IMG/VR virus record: IMGVR_UViG_2660238511_000004
Span: 1-18,508 of that record
DNA length: 18,508 nt
From: a virus
Lineage: Duplodnaviria > Heunggongvirae > Uroviricota > Caudoviricetes
Strand: one strand, 5' to 3'
Shown here: positions 8,480-16,618 of the stretch, in pieces
Layout: each line of letters opens with the position of its first letter
How positions within the stretch are numbered: position 1 is the stretch's first letter
The notes under the pieces: model-generated
What the model saw: the letters and a program-made list of their open reading frames with translations, nothing else
What the model was told of the DNA's origin: nothing
Database searches by the model: none
Position numbers and translations under genes: made by a program

Positions 8480-8641
8480 TTAACGACGCCCATGTTTCAC
8501 TCCTGCTTTGGCTAGTCTGTAAACACCAACAAGGCGCTCTGCGAACGCCCTGTTATTTGCTGCGGCTACCACTAATCCCTCAGGTGAATCAGGGTGTCGA
8601 ATCTCTTCTTTTTCCTGGTATTTCTTACGACGTTTTGTCAT
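8480..8641 (-). CDS. Small basic hypothetical ORF (53 aa) between cII and the O-like gene
   Basis: Hand-translated MTKRRKKYQEKEEIRHPDSPEGLVVAAANNRAFAERLVGVYRLAKAGVKHGRR, with GGGAG about 6 nt upstream of the ATG. No recognisable family; could be a leader-region artefact. Confidence 0.25.
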   Translation of the reverse strand: MTKRRKKYQEKEEIRHPDSPEGLVVAAANNRAFAERLVGVYRLAKAGVKHGRR

Positions 8642-8675
8642 AATTACTCCCGTGGATTGATCCAGTCTTTCTACA

Positions 8676-8954
8676 TTAGGCCTCGAAGAATTCGCCGTTC
8701 TTCGGGGCTTTTTCTTTTGTCAGCATTCTGGCTACTTTCTTAGCCAGTTCCGCCAACTCCTCGTCTTCAACACCCCATTCAAGAACAGCCAGAAGCATTC
8801 CCATTTTTGGGATGAAGCTGTCTTTCCATCGCGAAATTTGCGATTCATTAACCCCTAACGCGTCGGCAACCTTTCGCTGACCACGTACAGCAATTCGATT
8901 CAGGATGTTGCTTGTAATTGCATTCGCTTTCTTGCGAGTACTTGTAAGTTGCAT
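8676..8954 (-). CDS. cII: Transcriptional activator cII
   Basis: Internal Met of track ORF 8676..9014 gives 92 aa MQLTSTRKKANAITSNILNRIAVRGQRKVADALGVNESQISRWK...MLLAVLEWGV..., which aligns with recalled lambda cII (SQISRWKRDWIPKFSMLLAVLEWGV). AAGGA lies 11 nt upstream. Position between cro/nutR and O is as expected. Confidence 0.85.
   Translation of the reverse strand: MQLTSTRKKANAITSNILNRIAVRGQRKVADALGVNESQISRWKDSFIPKMGMLLAVLEWGVEDEELAELAKKVARMLTKEKAPKNGEFFEA
8681..8720 (+). terminator. Intrinsic terminator on the strand antisense to the cII 3' end (oop-like antisense RNA terminator)
   Basis: Plus strand: CCUCGAAGAA-(UUCGCCG)-UUCUUCGGGG, a 10-bp stem with one G-U pair, followed by CUUUUUCUUUUGU. 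It lies inside the last cII codons on the opposite strand, the position of the lambda oop terminator, though the sequence differs from lambda oop. Confidence 0.6.
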
Positions 8955-9033
8955 ATGTAAGTATTTCCTTAGATAACAATTGATTGAATGTATGCAAATA
9001 AATGCATACACCATAGGTGTGGTTTAATTTGAT

Positions 9034-9065
9034 GCCCTTTTTCAGGGCTGGGATGTGTAAGAGCG
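9034..9065 (-). promoter_or_regulatory. nutR: nutR (boxA CGCTCTTACACA, boxB GCCCTGAAAAAGGGC)
   Basis: Minus strand between cro and cII reads CGCTCTTACACATCCCAGCCCTGAAAAAGGGCATCAAATTAAACCACACC..., the lambda nutR boxA/boxB, followed by the tR1-like region. Confidence 0.85.
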
Positions 9066-9073
9066 GGAATGTC

Positions 9074-10426
<1,353 letters not shown>

Positions 10427-10475
10427 TCCCCACCTCAATCTCGATAACCAAAAACAAACTATTTTTCATTTAAAA

Positions 10476-10543
10476 ACAATGGAGTTTGTTTTTCACGCCC
10501 CTTTTTACAATATTTCTTGTTTACAACATACAATCTTTCTTGT
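10476..10543. promoter_or_regulatory. 434-type left operator region (three ACAA-N6-TTGT operators) overlapping pL
   Basis: ACAATGGAGTTTGT (10476-10489), ACAATATTTCTTGT (10507-10520), ACAATCTTTCTTGT (10530-10543). Same consensus as the OR sites. Confidence 0.8.
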
Positions 10544-10548
10544 AATTT
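10520..10548 (+). promoter_or_regulatory. Candidate pL promoter (TTTACA -17- TAATTT)
   Basis: -35 TTTACA at 10520-10525, 17-bp spacer, -10 TAATTT at 10543-10548, overlapping the two N-proximal operators and oriented toward nutL and N. Confidence 0.5.
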
Positions 10549-10588
10549 TAAGCCATCAGCAGGACGCACTGACCACCATGAAGGTGAG

Positions 10589-10619
10589 GCTCTTAAAAAT
10601 TAAGCCCTGAAGAAGGGCA
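10589..10619 (+). promoter_or_regulatory. nutL: nutL (boxA GCTCTTAAAAA, boxB GCCCTGAAGAAGGGC)
   Basis: Plus strand reads ...GGTGAGGCTCTTAAAAATTAAGCCCTGAAGAAGGGCAGC..., the lambda nutL boxA/boxB, followed by a lambda-like N leader. Confidence 0.85.
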
Positions 10620-10886
10620 GCATTCAAAGCAGAAGGCTTTGGGGTGTGGTGAAGCCAGCTAGTCACTGGCAAGTGCTTACCTACTGTTGAGCGGTGAAGC
10701 GCTCCCAACGCTAGCAATAGCGTGGACGAGATGGGGAGCCGCGGGCGATAAGGCCGCCATAACGCGCACGTTGTCGCATGGAAAAATCGCTGGGGTGCCG
10801 GTTATACCCCTCCGAATGAGACTCAACAAGCTGGAGCTAGACTACCAGCCACCACACCACCAAAGCTAACTGACAGGAGAATCCAG

Positions 10887-11219
10887 ATGGATGCACAAAC
10901 ACGCCGCCGCGAACGTCGCGCAGAGAAACAGGCTCAATGGAAAGCAGCAAATCCCCTGTTAGTTGGGGTAAGCGCAAAACCAGTTAACCGCCCTATTCTC
11001 TCGCTGAATCGCAAACCGAAATCACGAGTAGAAAGCGCACTGAATCCGATAGACCTTACGGTGCTGGCTGAATACCACGAACAGATTGAAAGCAACCTGC
11101 AGCGTATTGAGCGCAAGAATCAGCGCACATGGTACAGCAAGCCACGCTGTGAAATGGGTGTGACTTGCTCAGGCCGCCAGAAGCAACGCGGAAAATCAAT
11201 TCCAGCTTATTACGATTGA
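10887..11219 (+). CDS. N: Antitermination protein N (lambda type)
   Basis: 110 aa product MDAQTRRRERRAEKQAQWKAANPLLVGVSAKPVNRPILSLNRKPKSRVESALNPIDLTVLAEYH..., near-identical to recalled lambda N including the Arg-rich boxB-binding N-terminus. GGAGAATCCAG precedes the ATG. Confidence 0.95.
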   Translation: MDAQTRRRERRAEKQAQWKAANPLLVGVSAKPVNRPILSLNRKPKSRVESALNPIDLTVLAEYHEQIESNLQRIERKNQRTWYSKPRCEMGVTCSGRQKQRGKSIPAYYD

Positions 11220-11227
11220 GGTGAGCC

Positions 11228-11365
11228 ATGCTCAAGAAAGTCAAACGCCGACTTTACAAAGAAGGTAGATATTCATGCCAGTTGCCAAAATGCGACACAA
11301 CAAAATGGAGTGTCGATGATTGGTGTAACTGGATAGATAGATACGGAACTTGGTGGGATAAATAA
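11228..11365 (+). CDS. Possible small Cys-rich ORF (45 aa) downstream of N
   Basis: Hand-translated MLKKVKRRLYKEGRYSCQLPKCDTTKWSVDDWCNWIDRYGTWWDK. Weak RBS; occupies the region where lambda has tL1 and sieB. Speculative. Confidence 0.2.
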   Translation: MLKKVKRRLYKEGRYSCQLPKCDTTKWSVDDWCNWIDRYGTWWDK

Positions 11366-11419
11366 CAGGTAACTTAAGCGTATTTACTTTCGCAGCAAAC
11401 CACTTATTTGAGGTGAGAT

Positions 11420-11506
11420 ATGGAAGAAGAATTTGAAGAGTTCGAAGAGCATCCTCAGGATGTGATGGAACAATACCAGGACTACCCTTATGACTACGAC
11501 TATTGA
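11420..11506 (+). CDS. orf28-like small acidic ORF (28 aa)
   Basis: Hand-translated MEEEFEEFEEHPQDVMEQYQDYPYDYDY with GAGGTGAGAT upstream. It is 87 nt long and overlaps ral by 17 bp, which is the geometry recalled for lambda orf28/ral. Confidence 0.55.
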   Translation: MEEEFEEFEEHPQDVMEQYQDYPYDYDY

Positions 11507-11690
11507 TAAAAATCAATGGTGTGGACAATTCAAGCGATGCAATGGATGCAAGCTGCAATCGGAATGCATGGTTAAGCCTGAAGAAATGTTTCCTGTAATG
11601 GAAGATGGGAAATGTGTCGATAAATGGGCAATACGAACGACGGCAATGATTGCCAGAGAACTTGGTAAACAGAATAACAAGGCTGCCTGA
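11490..11690 (+). CDS. ral: Restriction alleviation protein Ral
   Basis: 66 aa product MTTTIDKNQWCGQFKRCNGCKLQSECMVKPEEMFPVMEDGKCVDKWAIRTTAMIARELGKQNNKAA, matching recalled lambda Ral. Confidence 0.9.
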   Translation: MTTTIDKNQWCGQFKRCNGCKLQSECMVKPEEMFPVMEDGKCVDKWAIRTTAMIARELGKQNNKAA

Positions 11691-11748
11691 TGGTGGCCTT
11701 TATTTTTGTCCGTAAATAATTTCATGCTTATTACAATCAAGGTGATAT

Positions 11749-12171
11749 ATGGAAGAACAAGCAAACAAGATTCTCGTAGAACTACTGCAAAAAGCCAGTA
11801 ATGGAATAGACGCGGCTGTTTCATTCAGCCAGGCACAGATTCCTGATGTTGTTCATCAGTTGCTAATATGGAGTTTTGTCCATAGCGCACTTTTCCAAGT
11901 GGCTGGATTGTTGCTTTTAATTGCAGCAATTAAACTTCCTAGTTTTGCAAGAACGGCAAGAAATAATGGCGAGAGATGGACGTCTTTCGATGGACGTCCA
12001 AATGATGGACATTTTATATCTTCGGTTTATTACGATATATGCACTGTATTTGTTCCTATATTTGGCTCAATTATGGGTGTTTTAATTATTGCCTTCAATT
12101 TCGAATGGTTGAAGATTTGGATTGCGCCTAAGTTATTCCTAATTGAATATGCGGCATCATTGGTTAAGTAA
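11749..12171 (+). CDS. Hypothetical integral membrane protein (140 aa, 2-3 predicted TM helices) in the pL operon
   Basis: AAGGTGA lies 5 nt upstream of the ATG. Hydrophobic segments LLIWSFVHSALFQVAGLLLLIAAI and VFVPIFGSIMGVLIIAFNF. Followed by a terminator. No recognisable family. Confidence 0.55.
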   Translation: MEEQANKILVELLQKASNGIDAAVSFSQAQIPDVVHQLLIWSFVHSALFQVAGLLLLIAAIKLPSFARTARNNGERWTSFDGRPNDGHFISSVYYDICTVFVPIFGSIMGVLIIAFNFEWLKIWIAPKLFLIEYAASLVK

Positions 12172-12320
12172 TTTCAGGCCGCATAGTCTGCCTTTATTTT
12201 TAGCATAAACAAGAGAATAAACACTGCACTGTGTATTCATTCCAACGAGTGAATACACGGAGCAATGTCGCTCGTAACTAAACAGGAGCCGACTTGTTCT
12301 GATTATTGGAAATCTTCTTT

Positions 12321-12347
12321 GCCCTCCAGTGTGAGGGCAATTTTTTT
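12321..12347 (+). terminator. Rho-independent terminator (tL2-like) ahead of the recombination module
   Basis: GCCCUC-(CAGUGU)-GAGGGC, a perfect 6-bp stem, followed by AAUUUUUUU. The next gene's RBS GGAGG and ATG follow immediately at 12360. Confidence 0.65.
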
Positions 12348-12359
12348 GACGGAGGATAT

Positions 12360-13328
12360 ATGAGTGAAGTAACAGATTTAGTTGTTATTGAAAAAGCAAA
12401 TGCAATGACTGTATTTCAGTCTGCCGACCAGATTGAAGAAATTCTCCAAAAGGTTGAACGTGAAGTTATGTCCTTTGTGCCTGATATCACAACGGCAAAG
12501 GGCAGAAAGGAGATCGCTTCTCTGGCGTATAAAGTTGCGCAGACGAAAACATATCTCGATGGTCTTGGCAAAGACCTTGTTGCTGAACTGAAGGAAATTC
12601 CAAAGCTAATTGATGCCAACCGCAAGACGGTGCGCGATCGCCTTGATGAACTGAAAGCCAAGGCGCGCCAGCCTCTTACTGATTATGAGGAGGAACAGGC
12701 ACGGATTAAAGCCGAAGAAGAAGCTAAGGCAGCAGCTGAAGCTCTCGCAAAGCAAATTGAGTCTGACCATGAAATAGCGATTTTGATGGATCGCGAGTTT
12801 GACCGCCAAAGAGAAGAGGCAAGACTCAAAGCGGAGCAGGAAAAGCGAGAGCATGAAGAACGCTTAAAAAGAGAAGCTGAAGAGAAAGCCAGAGCAGAAG
12901 CCGAAGCAAAGGCAAAAGCCGAAATTGAAGCAGCAGCAAGACGAGAAGCAGAGGCTAAGGCCGCAGCGGAACGTGCAGAGCGTGAACGCATTGAAGCCGA
13001 GCAACGAGCACAGCGCGAAGCAAAAGAGGCAGCAGAACGAGCTGAAAGAGAAAAGCAAGCGGCAATTGAAGCAGAACGCCGAAAAGCACAGGAGGAGGCT
13101 GAACGAATCCGGCGCGAGGCTGAAGCAAAAGAGCAAGCCAGAATAGCAGAAGAAAAAAGAATCAAGGACGAAGAAGAGCGCAGAGCAAAGGATAAAGCTC
13201 ACCGGAAAGAAGTAAATAACAAAATACTTGCTGACCTTATCAAGGTTGGCGCATCAGAAGATGTTGCTAAAAATATCATAACAGCCATCGTAAAAGGCGA
13301 AGTATTCGCAACAAAAATAACCTACTAA
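12360..13328 (+). CDS. Coiled-coil phage protein (322 aa) with a long Glu/Ala/Lys/Arg-rich central helix; possibly Gp157/DUF1351-like and recombination-associated
   Basis: Start set at the ATG with GGAGG upstream; the track's earlier start (12306) would put the terminator hairpin inside the ORF. The central 160 aa or so are degenerate EAKA/ERAE heptad-like repeats. Family assignment is from memory only. Confidence 0.65.
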   Translation: MSEVTDLVVIEKANAMTVFQSADQIEEILQKVEREVMSFVPDITTAKGRKEIASLAYKVAQTKTYLDGLGKDLVAELKEIPKLIDANRKTVRDRLDELKAKARQPLTDYEEEQARIKAEEEAKAAAEALAKQIESDHEIAILMDREFDRQREEARLKAEQEKREHEERLKREAEEKARAEAEAKAKAEIEAAARREAEAKAAAERAERERIEAEQRAQREAKEAAERAEREKQAAIEAERRKAQEEAERIRREAEAKEQARIAEEKRIKDEEERRAKDKAHRKEVNNKILADLIKVGASEDVAKNIITAIVKGEVFATKITY

Positions 13329-13352
13329 TAAAACCAACATAAGGAACCACCC

Positions 13353-13484
13353 ATGATTTACGCAATCGCGGGAGGCGCTCGCATGGGTGCCTTCCAACTA
13401 AATGAATCTTTACTTGAACGAATCACCCGTAAATTACGTGACGGATGGAAAAGAGTTGAGGTCTTATTATGCGCAATGAAATAG
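13353..13484 (+). CDS. cIII: cIII-like protease inhibitor (43 aa)
   Basis: Hand-translated MIYAIAGGARMGAFQLNESLLERITRKLRDGWKRVEVLLCAMK. The core ESLLERITRKLRDGWKR matches recalled lambda cIII. AAGGAA lies 6 nt upstream. Confidence 0.75.
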   Translation: MIYAIAGGARMGAFQLNESLLERITRKLRDGWKRVEVLLCAMK

Positions 13485-13621
13485 CCATCAATCACCAGAT
13501 GCTTCGTGCTGCACAGAACAAAGCAGTAATAGCCCGATTTATTGGTGATTCCAAAATGTGGCTTGAAGCAAATAAAGCGATGAAATCAGCTATCAACCTT
13601 CCGTGGTATCGCAGGAAATGA
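13469..13621 (+). CDS. Kil-like small protein (50 aa), tentative
   Basis: Hand-translated MRNEIAINHQMLRAAQNKAVIARFIGDSKMWLEANKAMKSAINLPWYRRK. Overlaps the cIII 3' end as kil does in lambda; the IARFIGDSKM segment recalls lambda Kil. Low certainty. Confidence 0.4.
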   Translation: MRNEIAINHQMLRAAQNKAVIARFIGDSKMWLEANKAMKSAINLPWYRRK

Positions 13622-13776
13622 GTTTTACAGATAACTGGTCAGACGAAGAATTCATTCGTCAGATGAAAGAATTAATCGGTAACGAAGGAGATATTCATGT
13701 CACTTGCAACCACAGTGAAGGAGAGCAAGTTACAGAGACGCATGTACACGCAGAAAGCTCTCTGGTATCGCCATAA
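13618..13776 (+). CDS. Small hypothetical ORF (52 aa), alternative 1 of two overlapping candidates
   Basis: ATGA overlap with the preceding ORF stop, with AGGA upstream. Product MSFTDNWSDEEFIRQMKELIGNEGDIHVTCNHSEGEQVTETHVHAESSLVSP. Overlaps the 13697..13867 candidate in another frame, so at most one is likely real. Confidence 0.25.
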   Translation: MSFTDNWSDEEFIRQMKELIGNEGDIHVTCNHSEGEQVTETHVHAESSLVSP

Positions 13777-13867
13777 TGGCGACCGCGAAGGAATGCGGGT
13801 ATGCCTTAATTTGTCTCGAGTCGAAGTATTAAATCAGCGTTATTTCCTTGGGCCGTGTCCATTCTGA
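13697..13867 (+). CDS. Small hypothetical ORF (56 aa), alternative 2 of two overlapping candidates
   Basis: GGAG 8 nt upstream. Product MSLATTVKESKLQRRMYTQKALWYRHNGDREGMRVCLNLSRVEVLNQRYFLGPCPF. Ends 8 nt before the Rad52-like gene. Confidence 0.25.
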   Translation: MSLATTVKESKLQRRMYTQKALWYRHNGDREGMRVCLNLSRVEVLNQRYFLGPCPF

Positions 13868-13875
13868 GGTGAATT

Positions 13876-14583
13876 ATGGATTTGAATAAATTCGATGAGC
13901 CATTCAGCCCTGAAGATATCGAATGGCGAATACAGCAAAGCGGTAAAACACGCGATGGCAAAGTGTGGGCTATGGTGCTGGCTTATGTCACGAACCGGGC
14001 AATCATGAAACGCCTGGACGATGTTTGCGGCAAAGCAGGATGGCGCAATGAATACCGCGATATTCCCAACAACGGAGGCGTTGAATGCGGCATATCAATC
14101 AGGATTGATTCCGAATGGGTAACCAAATGGGATGCTGCTGAAAACACGCAGGTAGAAGCCGTAAAAGGTGGTCGTTCCGGTGCAATGAAGCGCGCTGCCG
14201 TTCAGTGGGGAATCGGTCGGTATCTGTATAACCTTGAGGAAGGTTTCGCACAAACATCTCTCGATAAAAAGCAGGGATGGCACAGGGCAAAACTCAAGGA
14301 TGGAACAGGATTTTACTGGCTCCCTCCATCGCTGCCGGGATGGGCAATCCCAGCATCAGATAACAAACCATCACCAGAAAATACCAACCAGAAATCTCCA
14401 TCGGTTGACTGCGAGCAAATCCTGAAAGACTTCAGCGATTATGCGTCAACAGAAACTGACAAGAAAAAACTCATCGAGCGTTATCAGCGTGACTGGCAAT
14501 TAATGGCTGGCAACGAGGAGGCGCAGGCTAAATGCGTTCAGGTAATGAACATCAGAGTTAACGAGCTAAAACAGGCGGCATAA
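13876..14583 (+). CDS. Rad52/Sak-family single-strand annealing protein
   Basis: 235 aa product whose N-terminal 150 aa fit the recalled Rad52/Rad22 fold signature (…GGVECGISIR…WVTKWDAAENTQVEAVKGGRSGAMKRAAVQWGIGRYLYNL…). GAGGTG RBS. Sits immediately upstream of ssb, the typical SSAP-SSB pairing. Confidence 0.75.
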   Translation: MDLNKFDEPFSPEDIEWRIQQSGKTRDGKVWAMVLAYVTNRAIMKRLDDVCGKAGWRNEYRDIPNNGGVECGISIRIDSEWVTKWDAAENTQVEAVKGGRSGAMKRAAVQWGIGRYLYNLEEGFAQTSLDKKQGWHRAKLKDGTGFYWLPPSLPGWAIPASDNKPSPENTNQKSPSVDCEQILKDFSDYASTETDKKKLIERYQRDWQLMAGNEEAQAKCVQVMNIRVNELKQAA

Positions 14584-15057
14584 ATGGCAAGCAGAGGCGT
14601 AAATAAGGTGATCATTATTGGTCGCCTTGGGCATGATCCAGAAATCAGATATTCACCATCAGGAACGGCATTTGCAAACCTTACAGTTGCTACGTCAGAA
14701 CAATGGCGTGATAAGCAAACTGGAGAGCAAAAGGAGCAGACGGAGTGGCACCGCGTGGTAATGAGCGGGAAACTGGCAGAAATTGCCAGCGAATATCTGC
14801 GAAAAGGCTCTGAGGTTTATCTTGAAGGCAAATTGCGGACAAGAAAATGGCAGGATCAAAGCGGACAGGATAGGTTCACTACCGAAGTTATCGTAGGCGT
14901 TGGTGGAACCATGCAAATGCTTGGTGGCAAGCAAGGAGGCAATGAACAGTCTTCACCTCAGCGAAATAACGGCCAGCAACAAAGACAGCAATCTCAGCAG
15001 CATGGGAATCACAGCGAACCACCTATGAACTTCGACGATTCGGATATTCCGTTCTAG
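14584..15057 (+). CDS. ssb: Single-stranded DNA-binding protein (SSB)
   Basis: 157 aa product with an OB-fold N-terminus ([48 protein letters not shown]…), a Gly/Gln-rich linker and the acidic C-terminal tail DDSDIPF. Confidence 0.9.
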   Translation: MASRGVNKVIIIGRLGHDPEIRYSPSGTAFANLTVATSEQWRDKQTGEQKEQTEWHRVVMSGKLAEIASEYLRKGSEVYLEGKLRTRKWQDQSGQDRFTTEVIVGVGGTMQMLGGKQGGNEQSSPQRNNGQQQRQQSQQHGNHSEPPMNFDDSDIPF

Positions 15058-15066
15058 GAGCTGAAT

Positions 15067-15546
15067 ATGAAAATCTGCTCAAGATGCCATCAACAGAAGG
15101 AAGAAAGGGACTTTCAAATCAGAAGAGCATCCAGAGATGGATTAACTGCCGCTTGCCGGGCTTGCCTGGCTGAATACGACAAAGAACGCGCTGGATTGCC
15201 ACATCGAGTATCAGCAAGGAGAGAATATCAATCATCGGAACGCGGAAGAGAACGGTGTAACGCAGCCAAAAAGCGGTTCATTCAGAGCAACCCATGGAAA
15301 AGAAAAGCCCACATCATTGTGGGTAATTTTTTGCGCGACGGTAAGCTAATCCGACCACCACAATGTGAGTGCTGCGGATCAGAATGTAAACCACAGGCGC
15401 ACCACTGCGACTACAGCAAACCAACCGATGTGATGTGGCTCTGCAAGTCATGTCATGTCGAGTGGCACAAACATAACAAACCTATCTACCCAGACGAGGA
15501 ACCAGTAACTCTCCCCTTCCCTCGTCACGCTATTCACGCAATTTAA
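15067..15546 (+). CDS. HNH-like zinc-binding nuclease-family protein (159 aa)
   Basis: AGGAG 7 nt upstream. N-terminal CxxC...CxxC pair (CSRCH, CRAC) and a C-terminal HNH-like segment CECCGSE…AHHCDYSKP…WLCKSCHVEWH. Confidence 0.55.
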   Translation: MKICSRCHQQKEERDFQIRRASRDGLTAACRACLAEYDKERAGLPHRVSARREYQSSERGRERCNAAKKRFIQSNPWKRKAHIIVGNFLRDGKLIRPPQCECCGSECKPQAHHCDYSKPTDVMWLCKSCHVEWHKHNKPIYPDEEPVTLPFPRHAIHAI

Positions 15547-15559
15547 TCAGGAGAAAATC

Positions 15560-15856
15560 ATGCCAGCGCCTCAGTATGGTGCGGATGACCCGCGCCGCTG
15601 TTCCGGCAATTCCGTATCGGAGGTGCTGGATAAATTCAGAAAAAACTACGATCGAATAATGTCTCTACAACAGGAAACGAAAGAGGAAAAGGAATTTCGC
15701 CACTGTATATGGCTTGCAGAGAAAGAAGAACGAGAGCGAATTTACCAGACATCAATCCGACCATTCCGCAAAGCCACATATACCCACTTCCCTGAATATA
15801 TCGACCCGCGCCTGCGTAATTACCGCTCACGCTATGGCGCTATCAGTAATGACTGA
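15560..15856 (+). CDS. Hypothetical protein (98 aa)
   Basis: AGGAG 7 nt upstream of the ATG; tightly packed in the operon. No recognisable family. Confidence 0.5.
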   Translation: MPAPQYGADDPRRCSGNSVSEVLDKFRKNYDRIMSLQQETKEEKEFRHCIWLAEKEERERIYQTSIRPFRKATYTHFPEYIDPRLRNYRSRYGAISND

Positions 15857-15866
15857 GGAATTAACA

Positions 15867-16157
15867 ATGAAAACAATGAAGCTAAACATCGACCTCGGAA
15901 AATACGTTATTACCGGAACCAAACACGATCTGATTCTTAGCGAAAGAGGAATTATCAAAGAAGGCGAGAATGCAGGGAAAGAAACACTAAGCCGTATCGG
16001 TTATTACAGCAAGTTTGAGCATCTGGTTAAAGAGTTATGCAACCGTGAAATTCTGTTATCTCAGGCACGGACGCTACAGGATATTCAGCAGCATATCGAA
16101 GCTTTAGGTATGTCACTTAGCATGGCTATTGACCAGTTCGTGGAGAGTAAATCATGA
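15867..16157 (+). CDS. Hypothetical protein (96 aa)
   Basis: Start set at the internal ATG ([17 protein letters not shown]…) with GAGGAA upstream, which avoids overlapping the previous gene; the track ORF starts earlier at TTG (15714). Confidence 0.5.
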   Translation: MKTMKLNIDLGKYVITGTKHDLILSERGIIKEGENAGKETLSRIGYYSKFEHLVKELCNREILLSQARTLQDIQQHIEALGMSLSMAIDQFVESKS

Positions 16158-16321
16158 GAGGACTTGCATACAATCCCGGCATTCTTCCGGCAGAAATGAT
16201 TATTCGCCAACGCGTAAAGCCAATGCCATCGAGAGAGGAATTGCTTAAGAGAAATTCTTTTCCATCAGTAAATCAAAACAAATATCTGAATGCGATGTGG
16301 CGCAAAGGAGGCAAGCAGTGA
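16154..16321 (+). CDS. Small hypothetical ORF (55 aa)
   Basis: ATGA overlap with the upstream stop and GTGA overlap with the downstream start. Product [55 protein letters not shown]. Coordinates are track-anchored because of a one-base reading ambiguity here. Confidence 0.3.
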   Translation: MRGLAYNPGILPAEMIIRQRVKPMPSREELLKRNSFPSVNQNKYLNAMWRKGGKQ

Positions 16322-16617
16322 GTGTATATCTCATTGATAAACGTCGACGTGGGCAACAAATACCACCTGTAGGAATTCCGAATCACACATGGTTTTGCGT
16401 ACTTGATATCGATGGTATGGATGCGTTGGTTGACACTCGTCATTACTGCGATACCGCAACAGCTACTCCGGCGAAAGCAAAGAAAATGGCTGCTCTGATA
16501 GAAAACTGGACTCCACCTGATGGTTGGTGCAATGGGAATGATCGAGATTGGCATGAAAAAATGAAGGGCTATATCTGCGATTTCTTGCGTAAATGCAACG
16601 GATTCAGGGTGATGTGA
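16318..16617 (+). CDS. Hypothetical protein (about 99 aa)
   Basis: Start set at the GTG preceded by AAAGGAGG with a 6-nt spacer (the track starts at an upstream GTG, 16297). Product …[63 protein letters not shown]…. Confidence 0.45.
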   Translation: MSVYLIDKRRRGQQIPPVGIPNHTWFCVLDIDGMDALVDTRHYCDTATATPAKAKKMAALIENWTPPDGWCNGNDRDWHEKMKGYICDFLRKCNGFRVM

Positions 16618-16618
16618 C

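Noticed and set aside
10452-10491. 9-bp inverted repeat AAACAAACT…AGTTTGTTT followed by T-run, considered as a terminator for the cI operon
   Set aside because: AU-rich stem with a 22-nt loop that coincides with the distal OL operator; more likely a by-product of operator symmetry than a terminator.
10687-10869. 60 aa ORF in the N leader
   Set aside because: Lies within the lambda-like nutL-to-N leader, which is known to be untranslated and structured; no convincing RBS.
10934-11824. Minus-strand ORFs 10934..11116, 11056..11244, 11241..11558 and 11513..11824 antisense to N, orf28 and ral
   Set aside because: Opposite to the direction of pL transcription and overlapping genes with strong homology. 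Considered as a possible sieB equivalent, but the products are low-complexity and do not resemble a membrane exclusion protein.
12416-13202. Several minus-strand ORFs (12416..12661, 12606..12854, 12683..13165, 12864..13202) and a plus-frame ORF (12925..13146) inside the coiled-coil gene
   Set aside because: They are low-complexity translations (Ser/Ala/Cys/Phe/Leu-rich) of the purine-rich repeat DNA on the wrong strand or frame, lack RBSs, and are fully overlapped by the well-supported plus-strand gene.
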